64,000 nucleotides of DNA, from NCBI GenBank assembly GCA_038087875.1, contig CM075989.1, positions 4,092,001 to 4,156,000 on the forward strand, written 5' to 3'. The position numbers and the translations under genes were made by a program. The DNA is from Malacoraja senta. Lineage: Eukaryota. Shown piece after piece: positions 12,738 to 25,638 of this stretch (positions are counted from its first letter, which is position 1; each line of letters begins with the position of its first letter). The notes under the pieces are model-generated. The model searched no databases, was not told where the DNA came from, and saw only the letters and a program-made list of their open reading frames with translations.

Positions 12738-13750
12738 TCTGAAGAAGGGTCTCAACCCAAAACGTCACCTATCCAGGTTCTCCAGAGATGCTGCTTGACT
12801 TGCTGAGGTGTTCCAGACCAGAGCATCGGAGATGTCCTCATTCTTTAGGGGATAGAAGAGGGGGTTCCCCTCTTCTATTATAGATGAGGCTCTCACCAGG
12901 GTCTCCTCTATATCCTGCAGCTGCGCTCTTAATCCCCATCCCCCTACCCATAACAAGGCCAGAGTCCCACTTCCACCCCATCAGCCGTCGCACACAACAT
13001 ATAATCCTCCGACATTTTCGCCACCTCCAACGGGATCCCACCACTGGCCGCATCTTCCCATCTCCACCCTTCTGCTTTCCGCAGAGACTGTTCCTCCGTA
13101 TCTCCCTGGTCAATTCGTCCCTTCCCATCCAAACCACCCCCTCCCCAGGTACTTTCCCCTGCAACCGCAGGAAATGCTACACTTGTCGCTTTACCTCCCC
13201 CCTTGACTCCATCCAAGGACCCAAGCAGTATTTCCAGGTGAGGCAGAGGTTCACCTGCACCTCCTCCAACCTCATCTACTGCATCCGCTGTTCCAGGTGT
13301 CAACTTCTCTACATCGATGAGACCAAGCGCAGGCTTGGCGATTGCTTCGGCCAACATCTCCGCTCATTTCGCAATAACCGACCTGATCTCCCGGGTGGCT
13401 CAGCACTTCACCTCCCCCTCCCATTCCCACTCTGGCAATGGAGGAGGCCCAGGACAGCAAGGTCAGAGTGAGGGCCCAGCGCAAATTGGAGGAACAGCAC
13501 CTCATATTTCGCTTGGGTAGTTTACACCCCAGCGGTATGAACATTGACCTCTAATTTCAGATAGTCCTTGCTTTCTCCCTCCTTCCCCTTCCCAGCTCTC
13601 CCTCACCCTACTGTCTCCGCCTCTTCCTTTCTTTTTCCCGCACACCCCAGACATCAGTCTAAAGAAGGGTCTTGACCCGAAAAAGTCGCGTATTCCTTCT
13701 CTCCAGAGATGCTGCCTGGCCTGCTGAGTTACTCTAGTACTGTGTGTCTT
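12738..13750 (+). mobile_element. Penelope-like element fragment (GIY-YIG endonuclease) with pLTR copies on both sides
   Basis: PCNRRKCYTC...FTCTSSNLIYCIRCSRCQLLYIDETKRRLGD. Degenerate hammerhead/pLTR motifs near 12739 and 13659. Confidence 0.88.
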
Positions 13751-13791
13751 CTTCGTTCAAGTGTTTGGTTAACCTTTTTGTGTTAGGTTTT

Positions 13792-13991
13792 NNNNNNNNN
13801 NNNNNNNNNNNNNNNNNNNNNNNNNNNNNNNNNNNNNNNNNNNNNNNNNNNNNNNNNNNNNNNNNNNNNNNNNNNNNNNNNNNNNNNNNNNNNNNNNNNN
13901 NNNNNNNNNNNNNNNNNNNNNNNNNNNNNNNNNNNNNNNNNNNNNNNNNNNNNNNNNNNNNNNNNNNNNNNNNNNNNNNNNNNNNNNNNNN
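13792..13991. other. Assembly gap (200 N) at the position of the missing POLG exons 5-17
   Basis: Exactly 200 N, a placeholder-type length, between exon 18 and exon 4. Confidence 0.99.
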
Positions 13992-14114
13992 AAGCTTTTC
14001 ACTGTTACCTCGGTACACGTACACAATAATAAACCTATACCTAAAACGACATCTTTGAATCATTCCATTTGTGGTGATTAGCCTCAGTGGTCATTAATAT
14101 ATTAGTAGAAAGGG

Positions 14115-17100
14115 TAACATAGAAAATAGGTGCAGGAGTAGGCAATTTGGCCCTTTGAGCCAGCACGGCCATTCAATGTGATCATGGCTGATTATCCACA
14201 ATCAGTACCCCGTTCCTACCTTCTCCCCATATCCCTTGATTCCGCTAGCCCTAAGAGCTCTATCTAACTCTCTTTTGAATGCATCCAGTGAATCGGCCTC
14301 CACTGCCTTCTGAGGCAGAGAATTCCACAAATTCACAACTCTCTGTGTGAAATAGTTTTTCCACATCTCAGTTCTAATTGGCTACCTCTTATTCTTAAAC
14401 TGTTGTCCCTGGCTCTGGACTCCCCCAACATCAGGAACATGTTTCCTGCATTTAGCTTGTCCAATCCCTCAATAATTTTAAATGTTTCTATAAACGAGTT
14501 CCCCTCGCATCCTTCTAAAATCCAGTGAATACAAGCCCAGTCGCTCCATTCTCTCAGCATATGACAGTCCCGCCATCCCGGGAATTAACCTGGTGAACCT
14601 ACTCTGCACTCCCTCGATAGCAAGAATGTCCCTCCTCAAATTAGGAGACAAAAACTGCACACAATACTCCAGATGTGGTCTCACCAGGGCCCTGTATGAC
14701 TGCAGAAGGACCTCTTTGCTCCAAAACTCAAATCCTCTCGTTATGAAGGCCAACTTGCCATTAGCTTTCTTCACAGCCTGCTGCACCTGCATGCTTACAT
14801 TCAGTGACTGATGTACAAGGACACCCAGGTCTCGTTGTATTTTCCCTTTTCCTAACCTGACACCATTCAGGTAATAATCTGCTTTCCCGTTCTTGCCGCC
14901 AAAGTGAATAACCTCACATTTATCCACATTATACTGCATCTGCCATGCATCTGCCCACTCACCCAACTATCCAAGTCACCCTGCATTCTCATAGCATCCT
15001 CTTCATAGTTCACACTGCCACCCAGCTTTGTGTCATCTGCAAATTTGATAATATTACTTTTAATTCCTTCATCTAAATCATTAATATATATTGTAAATAG
15101 CTGCGTTCCCAGCACCGAGCCTTGCGGTACCCCGCTAGTCACTGCCTGCCATTCTGATAGGGATCCGTTAATCCCTACTCTTTGTTTCCTGTCTGCCAAC
15201 CAATTTTCTATCCATGTCAAATCCTACCCCAATACCATGTGCTCTAATTTTGCCCACTAAACTCCTATGTGGGACCTTATCAAAGGCTTTCTGAAAGTCC
15301 AGATGTACGACATCCACTGGCTCTCCCTTATCCATTTTACTTGTTACTGTTACATCCTCAAAAAATTCCTGAAGATTAGCCAGGCAAGATTTCCCCTTCA
15401 TAAATCCATGCTGACTCAGACCGATCCTGTTACTGCTATCCAAATGCGCCACTATTACATCTTTAATAATTGACTCCAGCATCTTCCCGACCACCGATGT
15501 CAGACTAACTGGTCTATAATTCCCTGTTTTCTCTCTCCCTCCTTTCTTAAAATGTGGGATAACATTAGCTACCCTCCAATCCACAGGAACTGATCCTGAA
15601 TCTATAGAACATTGGAAAATGATCACCAATGCGTCCACGATTTTTAGAGCCACCTCCTTAAGTACCCGGCATGCAGACCATCAGGCCCTGGGGATTTATT
15701 AGCCTTCAGTCCCATCAGTCTACCCAACACCATTTCCTGCCTAATGTGAATTTCCTTCAGTTCCTCCGTCACTATGGATTCTCTGTCCCCTAGTACTTCT
15801 GGCAGATTGGTTCTGGCTTCACTAAGGAAGACACAAACAAAGTACCTGTTCAACTCATCTGCCATTTCCTTGTTCCCCATAATAAATTCACCTGTTTCTG
15901 TCTTCAAGGGACACACATTTGTCTTAACTAATCTTTTCCTCTTAACATACCTAAAGAAGCTTTTACTGTCCTCCTTTATATTCTTGGCAAGCTTCCCTTT
16001 GTACTTCATCTTTTCTCCCCGTATTGCCTTTTTAGTTACCTTCTGTTGTTCTTTATATGTTTCCCAATCCTCTGGCTTCCTGATCATTTTTGCTATGTTG
16101 TACGACATCTCTTTTAGTTTTATACTGACCTTGACTTCCCTTGTCAGCCACGGTCACCTCTTACTCCCCTTAGAATCTTTCTTCCTCTTTGGAATGAAAT
16201 GATCCTGCATCTTCTGGATTATTCCCAGAAATTCCTGCCATTGCTGTTCCACCATCAGCCCTGCTAGGGTCCCTTTCCAACCAACTTTGGCCTGCTCCTC
16301 CTCATACCTCCATAGTCCCCTTTGTTCAACTGCAATACTAACACTTCTGATTTTACCTTCTCCCTCTCAAATTGCAGATTAAAACTTATCATATTTTATG
16401 GTCACTACCTCCTAATGGTTCCTTTACCTTGAGTTCCCTTATCAAATCCGGTTCATTACACAACACCAAATCCAGAATTGCCTTCTCCCTGGTAGGCTCC
16501 AGTACAAGCTGCTCCAAGAATCCATCTCAGAGGCACTCCACAAACTCCCTTTCTTGGGGGTCCTGTACCAACCTGATTTTCCCAGTCTACCTGCATGTTG
16601 AAATCTCCCATAACCACCGTAGCATTACCTTTGTTACATGCCAATTTTAACTCCTCATGCAACTTGCACCCTATATCCAGGCTACTGTTTGGGGGCCTGT
16701 GGATAACTCCCATGAGGGTCTTTTTACCCTTACCATTTCTCAGTTCTATCCACAATGACTCTACATCTTCTGATTCTATGTCACCCTCGCAAGGGACTGA
16801 ATTTCATTCTTTACCAACAGAGTTACCCCAGCCCCTCTGCCCATCTGTCTGTCTTTTCGATAGGACGTATAACCCTGAATATTCAATCCCCAGCTCCGAT
16901 TCTCTTGCAGCCATGTCTCTAATTCCCACAACATCATGCCTACCAATCTCTAACTGGGCCTCAAGCTTATCCACTTTATTTCTTATACTACGCACATTCA
17001 TATATAAATTTTAATTCGGTATTCACCTCCCCTCTCACGCTGGTTCCTATTTTACCTGATCTTTCTTATCTCTTCTTGAACTTTCCGTCCCATTAATCAG

Positions 17101-18410
17101 GTGTCTTTCGTAACTTTTCCTGTACTCTCTTCCCCTTTAACTCCATCCTTATACTTCCAATTTGTTGACCCTTCCCCCCCCCCCCCCCGCTATTTAGTTT
17201 AAACCCACCCATGGTGTAGTACTAGCAAACCTGCCTGCCAGAATGTTGGTCCCCCTCCAGTTAAGGTGCAACCCATCCCTTTTGTACAGGTCACACCTAT
17301 CCCAGAAGCGATCCCAGTGGTCTATAAATCTAAATCCGTGCTCCCTGCACCAGCTCCTCAGCCACACAATCAGATCCCCTATCTCCCTGTTCCTGCCCTC
17401 ACCAGCACGAGGTACTGGTAGCAAACCAGAGACAACCACCCTAGAAGTCCTGCTTTTCAGCCTTCTTCCTAACTCTCTAAACTCACATTGCAGAACCTCC
17501 TTCCTCTTTTTCCCGACATCTTTTGTGCCGACATGCACAACCACTTCTGGCCGCTCCCCTTCCCCCTTGAGGATGCCCAGTAATGGGTCCGAGACATCTT
17601 CGACCCTGGCACCAGGGAGGCAACACACCATCCTCGAGTCTCGCCTGTTACCACAGAATCTCCTGTCCGTATCTCTCACTATTGAGTCACCCGCCACTAT
17701 GGCGTTACCTGACGTGGATCTTGCCGGTTGAGCCTCAGCGCAAGGATTTGATTGAAAGACCTGTCCGCCGCTCGGACTGGAAGTGTCTTCCGTCCCGACA
17801 GCTTCCAAGAGGGTGTCCCTCTTGTTTGCAGCAGGTACAGCCACCGGGGTCTCCTCCACTCCACGCTTACTTCCCTTCCTCATCGCCACGCACCTTCGCT
17901 CTTCTTGTATCCTTGACGTAACAACCTCATTGTAGGCCCTGTCCAGGAAGCTCTCGTTTTCCCTGATGGTCCTGAGGTCATCCAGCTGCTGCTCCAGTTC
18001 CCTAACACGGTCCTTCAGGAGCTGCACCTGGACACAATTTCCACAGGTGTAGTTGTCAGAGGCACCAGCGGTGTCCCTGACTTCCCACATCCTGCAAGAG
18101 TCACACTGCAGCAACTTGCCTGTCATCATTTCAGTAGACCAATCCCAATTGGTTGTGCCTCTCACCTTCTCTACCTTTGAGCGTCGTCTCCTCGCCGAAG
18201 ACTCTCGAGCCAAAGACTCGCACTTTACTCACCAAAGCACTTCACCTTAACAAGGCCCACAGCTGCACTTATTTTTATCTGCTATCGAATCAACTACTTT
18301 AGGGCTAATTTGTAAATTTACTTGAACCTGTGCCTTTGGCGCTATTTTTAAATCTCCGTCCATCTGACTCACCTTCTTTCAGCCAATACTCGCTCTCGCT
18401 GCTTCTTGAC
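14115..18410 (-). mobile_element. Near-full-length CR1-clade LINE (HER1-like) in POLG intron 4
   Basis: ORF1 is intact. ORF2 survives as frameshifted pieces: APE (NVRSIRNK, MGDFN) and RT (KTGNYRPVSLTS, DFQKAFDKVPH, GVPQGSVLG, KFADDTKL). 3-prime end ...cctattttctatgtt near 14115. Confidence 0.93.
17194..18129 (-). CDS. CR1 ORF1: zinc finger/leucine zipper plus SGNH/GDSL esterase
   Basis: CxxC...CxxC followed by heptad LLKDRVRELEQQLDDL; esterase blocks AGDSIVR, CLPGARV, VHVGTKD, DGLHLN. Confidence 0.9.
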   Translation of the reverse strand: MMTGKLLQCDSCRMWEVRDTAGASDNYTCGNCVQVQLLKDRVRELEQQLDDLRTIRENESFLDRAYNEVVTSRIQEERRCVAMRKGSKRGVEETPVAVPAANKRDTLLEAVGTEDTSSPSGGQVFQSNPCAEAQPARSTSGNAIVAGDSIVRDTDRRFCGNRRDSRMVCCLPGARVEDVSDPLLGILKGEGERPEVVVHVGTKDVGKKRKEVLQCEFRELGRRLKSRTSRVVVSGLLPVPRAGEGRNREIGDLIVWLRSWCREHGFRFIDHWDRFWDRCDLYKRDGLHLNWRGTNILAGRFASTTPWVGLN

Positions 18411-18859
18411 CCCTGAACCCAGAACCAGGGGTCACAGTTTAAGAACAAGGGGTAGGCCATTTAGGATTGAGATGAGGAAAATCGTTTTCACCCAGAGAGT
18501 TGTGATTCTCTGTCACCGAAGGCAGTGGAGGTCAATTCACTGGATGTATTCAAGAGAGATATAGCGCTTGGGGCTAAAGGAATCAAAGGGTACGGGGAAA
18601 AAGCAGGAACGTGGTACTGAGTTTGGATGAACAGCCATGATCATATTGAATGATGGTGCTGGCTCGAAGGGCCAAATGGCCTACTTCTGCACCTATTTTC
18701 TATGTTTCTATGTTTTTATGTTAAGGGTCCGATCCGATTGCTGCTTTTGGTCGGACTCTAGTACTTCCCTTTGCCCTTCACTTTGTCCATTGCTTCATAT
18801 TCTCATGGTTTAAATTCCCTGCAAATTCGAGCCAGCTGAGTGTAGTTTGGAGAACTTAC

Positions 18860-19027
18860 CCCAGGACCTCTGAACTTGCCCTTGGTTCGTTTGATGTGCC
18901 GTTTTACTTCTTCCAGGCCACTCCTCTTTCCCTTTTTATTTGCCATCCAGAGACTGCGCTGGAATCCCGTCAGGCCAGAGATGGCCATGTGCAAGCTCAT
19001 CGTATCCAGAAACCTCAACTTGGTCCC
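18860..19027 (-). CDS. POLG: POLG exon 4
   Basis: GTKLRFLDTMSLHMAISGLTGFQRSLWMANKKGK...RGPG. Acceptor ctgcag, donor gtaagt, 168 nt. Confidence 0.97.
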
Positions 19028-19133
19028 CTGCAGACATACACAACACACAGTAAACGCTGACAGTATGGTGTCATAGAGTCGTACAGAATGGAAACAGGCC
19101 TATCAGCCTAACTAGGCCATGCTGACCAACATG

Positions 19134-19223
19134 CATGGGCGGAAATCCCGGCGGGGGGGGGGGGGTGATGGAGGGGGACATGTCCCCCCCCCCCCCATGT
19201 TTTGATGGCGATTTCCGCCCCAG
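19134..19223. mobile_element. 90-bp hAT-type MITE
   Basis: TIR CATGGGCGGAAATC / GATTTCCGCCCCAG; 8-bp TSD CCAACATG at 19126-19133 and 19224-19231. Confidence 0.8.
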
Positions 19224-20026
19224 CCAACATGTCCCATCTACAGGAGTCCCACTTACCTCCGTTAGGTCCATATCACTCATGTACCTGTCTAAATGTTTCT
19301 TAAATGTTGGGATAGTCCCAGCCTCAACTACCTCCTCCGACAGCTTGTTCCATACACCCACCACCGTTTGTGTGAAAATTTACCCTTCAGATTCATACAA
19401 AATCTTTCCCCTTCACCTTAAACCCATGCCCTCTGGTTCTCGATTCCTCTACTCTGGGCAAGAAACTCTGCGTCTCCATCCCTCTCCATTGTATGCAACT
19501 CTATCTTCCTGCGCTTCAGGGAATAGAGTCCACTGCTCCACCTCTCCCTATAACTCAGACCCTCGAGTCCTGGCAACATCCTGGTAAATTTTCCCTGCAC
19601 CCTTTCCAACTTGACAACATCTTTCCCAGAACTGAACACAATACTCTAAATGCGGTCTCACCAACATCTTATATAACTGCAATATGACCTCCCAACTTCT
19701 ATGCTCAATACTCTGATTAATGAAGGCCAATGTGCCAAAGATTTTCGACCACGCCATCTACCCGCAACGCCCTCTTCAAGGGACTATGTACCTGCACTCC
19801 GAGATCCCTCTGCTCTACAACACTTCCCAGAGCCCTACCACTCACTGTGTAGGTCTTGCCCATGTTAACCAGAGGGTGGGACATTAATCATGACTGACTC
19901 AGCCAGGAGTGACAAGGTGAGAAAAAAAGACACCACAAATTAAACCTATATAGTTGGTGTAAGGAAATCCCTGGAAATAAATAAAATGCTACGTTCAGTC
20001 ACATTAGGTGGAGGCCTCAAAGCAGA

Positions 20027-20149
20027 TTGCCCCACAGGTTGTGAAGTTGGAGAAGCTCAATGCTCTTCTGGATTGCCTCCTCCGAACACCCAGCCTCAAT
20101 ATCTCCAAAGATCTGCTTGTGGAGACAGGCGGACAGCATCTGGATATTT
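20027..20149 (-). pseudogene. 123-bp duplicated fragment of POLG exon 2 inside intron 3
   Basis: Ungapped match to 25954-26076 with 9 mismatches, same orientation. Reads [41 protein letters not shown], then LL*. Confidence 0.93.
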
Positions 20150-20302
20150 TAAAAGACGTTTGGACGGGTACACGTATAGGAAAGGTTCAGAGGGGCATGG
20201 GCCAAGCACAGGCCAATAGGACCAGCATAGATGGGGTACCTTGGTGACCATGGACATTGGCATCCTGTTTCCATGCTATACAAGTCTAATTGTCCAGCTC
20301 AC

Positions 20303-20498
20303 CTTCATTAAGTATTGCTCCTTCACTCTTGCTCTGTCGTAGCTGACATTGTGGCCGATCACTAGTCTCTCCAGCCATTCACCTCCCGATGGGCGGGTGA
20401 AGTTTGCAGACGTCTCCAGAGGAATTAGATCTGCCAGGACCAGGTGATTGGACCAAGTGTAACGCTTCTCAACGAGTCGCTTACTGCACCAAGAGTAC
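20303..20498 (-). CDS. POLG: POLG exon 3 (Exo II motif GHNVSYD)
   Basis: YSWCSKRLVEKRYTW...LVIGHNVSYDRARVKEQYLMK. Acceptor tctcag, donor gtgagc, 196 nt. Confidence 0.97.
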
Positions 20499-21511
20499 CT
20501 GAGAGACGAGGAACATTTGTACAGAATCCAATTGCAAGACAACACATGGTTTCTTTAAGGGATGGCATGGTGGCGCAGCGGTAGAGTTGCTGCATTATAG
20601 CGCCAAAGACCCGGGTTCGATCCTGACTACAGGTGCTGGCTGTATGGAGTTTGTACATACTCCCTGTGACCATGTGGGTTTTCTCTAGGTGCTCTGGTTT
20701 CCTCCTACACTCCAAAAAATGGACAGGTTTGTAGGTTAATTGGCTTCAGTAAAATTGTAGTTTGTCCCTCACACGTAGGATAGTGTTAGCGTGTGGGGAT
20801 CACTGGTTGGTGGGCCGAAGGGCCTGTTTCCATGCTGTATCTCTAAACTAAAGTTAACTAAACATTCCTAAACACATATTAGAACCAGAGGCTCATATGT
20901 TGATTTAAACCCAACACTTCTAGCAAATGCATTCTTCAAATATATTACTGAGCACTCAACGTTAGTAGTACATCTGCCCATCTTATTTCAATATGATCAG
21001 CTTCTCTTAGAGTGGCTATCCTGCACTTGCTAGATATAATGGGCCGAACAACCAGACAATGGATTCACCTTTATTCCACTGAACCTCAATTCCCAAAAAG
21101 CCCGTGATAAAAATGAAAATCTAATCTCAGTAAGGGCCTTAATGTAAAATCACTTGGTTTGGCCCCACCAGTTTTCCGATAGCACCAATTTACTGGGTTA
21201 AACTGTCTACACTGCTAACAATTGATTATTAGTGACAAGTAGCTCTAAGATGACAATAAAGCTGGAAGAGCTCTTCAATGTTTAGTTTTGTTTAATTTCA
21301 CTAATTTAGAGATACAGCATGGAAGTCCTTCAGCCCACGTCCATTCGGACCATGGACCACCCGCTCACACTACTTAAACATACAAACATAGAGAAATAGG
21401 TGCAGGAGGAGGCCATTCAACCCTTCGAACCATGGCTGATCATCCAAAATCAGTACCCCGTTCCTGCTTTTTCACCCATATCCCTTGATTCCATTAGCCC
21501 TAAGAGCTATA

Positions 21512-24413
21512 GAACAGGAAACTCAGCACCTGGAAACAAAGGGGAAGCCTCAATTGTGTCCGGAAACGTGGCCGACGGGCAGGACTTCAGGTCAGACTGA
21601 AGCGCAGGGGACTTCGACCCCTCTCCCTACTATCCTACTGGCCAACGTACAGTCCCTTGAAAATAAAGTGGAGGACTTAAGGGCAAGACTGCTTTATCAA
21701 AGGGAGCTGAGGGAATGCTCTGTGTTCTGTTTCACAGAGACATGGCTCACCCCCAGCTCCCCAGATTCAGCGGTCCAGCCTGAAGGGTTCTCCATCCATC
21801 GTATGGACCGTACACTGGCATCTGGGAAAGGGAGAGGAGGGGGCGTCTGCCTCATGGTCAACTCTGCGTGGTGCTCAGACGTGGCAGTCCTGCCCAACTC
21901 CTGCTCTCCACACCTCGAACATCTGGCGGTGAAGTGTCATCCCTTCTACCTTCCAAGGGAATTCACCTCCATCATCCTGACCGCGGTCTACATCCCACCC
22001 CAGGCAGACGTCCGTCTGGCACTGGGGGAGCTGCACGCCGTGGTCAACAAACACCAGACGTCTTACCCCGAGGCGTTTACCACCATAGCCAGGGACTTCA
22101 ATAAGGCAAACCTAAAGAAATCACTCCCTAACTTCCACCAACATGTCTCCTGCTGCACCAGAGGATCAAACACCCTCGACCACTGCTACACCACCATCAA
22201 GAATGCCTATCGCTCTATCCCTCGCCCTCACTTCGGTAAATCCGACCATACCGCGGTGCTGCTTCTTCCTGCCTACAGGCAGCAATTAAAGAGCGCACCC
22301 CCAGAGGTGAGGACAGTACAGAGCTGGTCGGGGGGGGGGGGCAGAGGAACAACTCCAGGACTGTTTGGAGTCTGTAGACTGGGCAATGTTCAAGGACTCG
22401 GCAACGGACCTGAACGAATACGCCACAGTCGTTACAGACTTCATTAAGAAGTGTGTGGAGGACTGCATCCCCACCAAAACCTTCCGAGCGTTTCCCAATC
22501 AGAAATCTTGGATGAACTTTGAGATCCGCACTCTTCTGAAGTCCAGACACCGGGCATTCATGTCTGATGATACAGTGGCCTACAAGGAGTCCAGATACGA
22601 CCTTGGTAAGGCCATCAAAAAGGCCAAAAGGGACTTCTGCTCCAAACTGGAGGAAGAGACTGATGTTCGGCGGCTGTGGCAGGGCCTGAATACAATCACC
22701 TCTTACAAGGCGAAATCAGGAGGCAGCTCGAATGTCGGCGAAACATCACTCCCTGATGAGCTCAATGCGTTTTACGCACGCTTTGATAGGGAGAACACCG
22801 ATGTGCCTTGCCGAGCCCCCATTCACTGTGATGGTATTTCAGTCTCAGTCACAGAGGCCGACGTCAAGAAATCCTTCAGAGGGGTGAACCCTCGAAAAGC
22901 GCCTGGACCTCATGGTATACCTGGTCGCGTTCTAAAAACCTGTGCGGACCAACTGGCTGGAGTTTTTACAGACAGTTTCAACCTCTCAGTTCTGAGGTCA
23001 GAGGTCCCCACCTGCTTCAAAAGGGCATCAATTATACCAGTGCCCAAGAAGAGTAAGGTGACGTGCCTCAATGACTATCGACCTGTGGCACTAACGCCTG
23101 TGGTGATGAAGTGCTTTGAGAGGTTGATCATGACGCAGATCAACTCCTACCTCGACAAAAACCTGGACCCACTGCAGTTCGCTTACCGCCACAACAGATC
23201 AACGGTGGATGCGATCTCGCTGGGCCTCCACTCCGCTCTGGACCACTTGGACAACAAAAACTCATATGTCAGGCTGTTATTCATCGATTACAGCTCGGCA
23301 TTTAACACAATCATCCCCTCCAAGCTGGTTACCAAACTCGCAGAACTGGGTCTCTGCGCATCCCTCTGCAATTGGATCCTCGACTTCCTCACTCTCAGAC
23401 CACAGTCTGTTCGTATTGGTGGAAATGTGTCAGACGATAACAATTAGCACGGGAGCACCTCAAGGCTGCATGCTCAGCCCCCTGCTGTACTCACTCTATA
23501 CTCATGACTGCGTAGCCGGACATAGTGCGAACTCCATCATCAAGTTCGCTGATGACACCACTGTTGTGGGACGTATCACTGATGGTGATGAGTCAGAGTA
23601 TAGAAGAGAGATCGAGCAACTGTCCATATGGTGCCAGCACAACAACCTGGCCCTCAACACCAGCAAAACCAAGGTACTGATTGTGGACTTTGGAAGGAGT
23701 AGGATGGGGACCCACAGTCCCGTTTATATCAACGGGTCGATGGTTGAAAGGGTCAAGAGCTTCAAATTCCTGGGCATGCACATCTCTGAAGATCTTTCCT
23801 GGTCCGAGAACAATGATGCCATTATTAAGAAAGCACATCAGCGCCTCTACTTCCTGAGAAGATTACGGAGAGTCGGTTTGTCAAGGAGGACTCTCTCTAA
23901 CTTCTACAGGTGCACAGTAGAGAGCATGCTGACCGGTTGCATCGTGGCTTGGTTCGGCAACTTGAGTGCCCTGGAGAGGAAAAGACTACAAAAAGTAGTA
24001 AACACTGCCCAGTCCATCATCGGCTCTGACCTCCGTTCCATCGAGGGGATCTACCACAGTCGCTGCCTCAAAAAGGCTGGCAGCATCATCAAGGACCCAC
24101 ACCATCCTGGCCACACACTCACCTCCCTACTACCTTCAGGTAGAAGGTACAGGAGCCTGAAGACTGTAACGACCAGGTTCAGGAACAGCTACCTCCCCAC
24201 AGCCATCAGGCTATTAAACCTGGCTCGGACATAACACTGAACTTTACTAGCCAATACTGTTATTTGCACGTTATCAGTATATTGACCATTGTGTATATAT
24301 TTATAGAATGCCTTGTAGTAAATGCCTACTATGTTCTGTTGTGCTCAAGCAAAGCAAGAATTCCATTGTCCTACCAGGGACACATGACAATAAACTCACT
24401 TGACTTGACTTGA
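21512..24413 (+). mobile_element. Rex1/Babar-like LINE, nearly complete ORF (two frameshifts), in POLG intron 2
   Basis: APE (ILLANVQSLENK, FTETWL, SDH) and RT (DYRPVALT, IDYSSAFNTI, GAPQG, KFADDT). Tail AATAAA-(CTTGA)n. CTATA duplicated at 21507-21511 and 24414-24418, splitting a CR1 3-prime fragment. Confidence 0.92.
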
Positions 24414-24723
24414 CTATATCTAACTCTCCGTTGAAAATGTCCAGTGAATTGGCCTCCACTGCCTTCTGTGGCAGAGAATTCCACAGATTCACAACTCTCT
24501 GGGTGAAAAGGTTTTTCCTTATCTCAGTCCTAAATGGCCAAATGGCCTACCCCTTATTCTTAAACTGTGACCCCTGGTTCTGGACGCCCCCAACATCGGG
24601 AAAATATTTCCTGCATCTAGCCTGTCCAATCCCTTAAGATTTTATAGCACCTGGAGGAAATCCATGCGGTCACACGGAGAACGTGCAAACTGTACATAGA
24701 CAGCCCCGTAGACAGGTTACTTA

Positions 24724-25221
24724 AGGGCCTGTCCCACGGGCATGCCAATCCATGCAGCAAGCGCGACCTAACCGCAAGCAGGGGCTGCGCGGGGGCCGCG
24801 CGGAGGTCAAGTGATCCCCGTACAGGGCCGGTCCCACCAGCATGCCGCTGCTGGCGGCAAGCGCTACCAAATCGGAAGCGGGGGCCGCGCGGAGGTCGAG
24901 TGACGTCAAGACGGTGCTTACGGCGGCGAGGCGGTGCGCACGGCCTCAATGCGGCTGCGTACGGCGTCGAGGCGGTGCGCATGGCCGTTGATGCGGCGCG
25001 CACGGCCTTGATGCGGCTGCGGGGCGGCAGGCCGTTGCCGCACGTAATTTTTGAAGTGTCAGTTTTTCGGAGCCCCGCGAGCGATGTCGGGACCAGCTCC
25101 ATACGGCTCCGGCGATCGAAGTGGGACCGGCCCCGCGATCTTCGCGCGGCCCCCGCACGGCTCCCGCTTGCGGTTAGGTCGCACTTGCCGCATGGAGTCG
25201 CATGCCCGTGGGACAGGCCCT
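24724..25221. mobile_element. PIF/Harbinger-type MITE
   Basis: TIR AGGGCCTGTCCCACGGGCATGC; TTA TSD at 24721-24723 and 25222-25224. Confidence 0.88.
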
Positions 25222-25638
25222 TTACCCTTACCCTTGCCGACCAAGATGCTGCATCTACACTGGTACCATCTGCCTGCGTTTGGCCCATATCCCTCTAAAT
25301 CTTAGTGTAGATCTTTCTCTAACTTCGTAGCCCTTGCTTTCCCTCTCTCTCCATTCCTTCCCCCTTCCCAGTACTCCTACCAGTCTTACTGTCTCCGACT
25401 ACATTTTATCTCTGTACCGCCCACTCCACTGACATTAGTCTGAAGGGTCTCGACCCGAAACATCACCTATTCCTCCTCTCCATAGATGCTGCCTGTCTCT
25501 CTGAGTTACTCCAGCATTTTGTGTCTATCTTCCCTCTAAATCTTTCCCATCCATGTACCTGTCCACGTGCTTGTTAATACTGGTTGGACAAAACTATTTT
25601 TTTATTTCCCGTTATGATATTTAAACCTGAACTCTTAC

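Noticed and set aside
13734..14063. ORFs spanning the X run
   Set aside because: Artefacts of the N gap.
18130..18160. NWDWS resembling the start of POLG exon 5 (SSWDWL)
   Set aside because: It lies in the CR1 leader in frame with ORF1, with no further similarity and no splice sites.
24617..25305. Long overlapping Arg/Ala-rich ORFs
   Set aside because: By-product of the GC-rich palindromic MITE.
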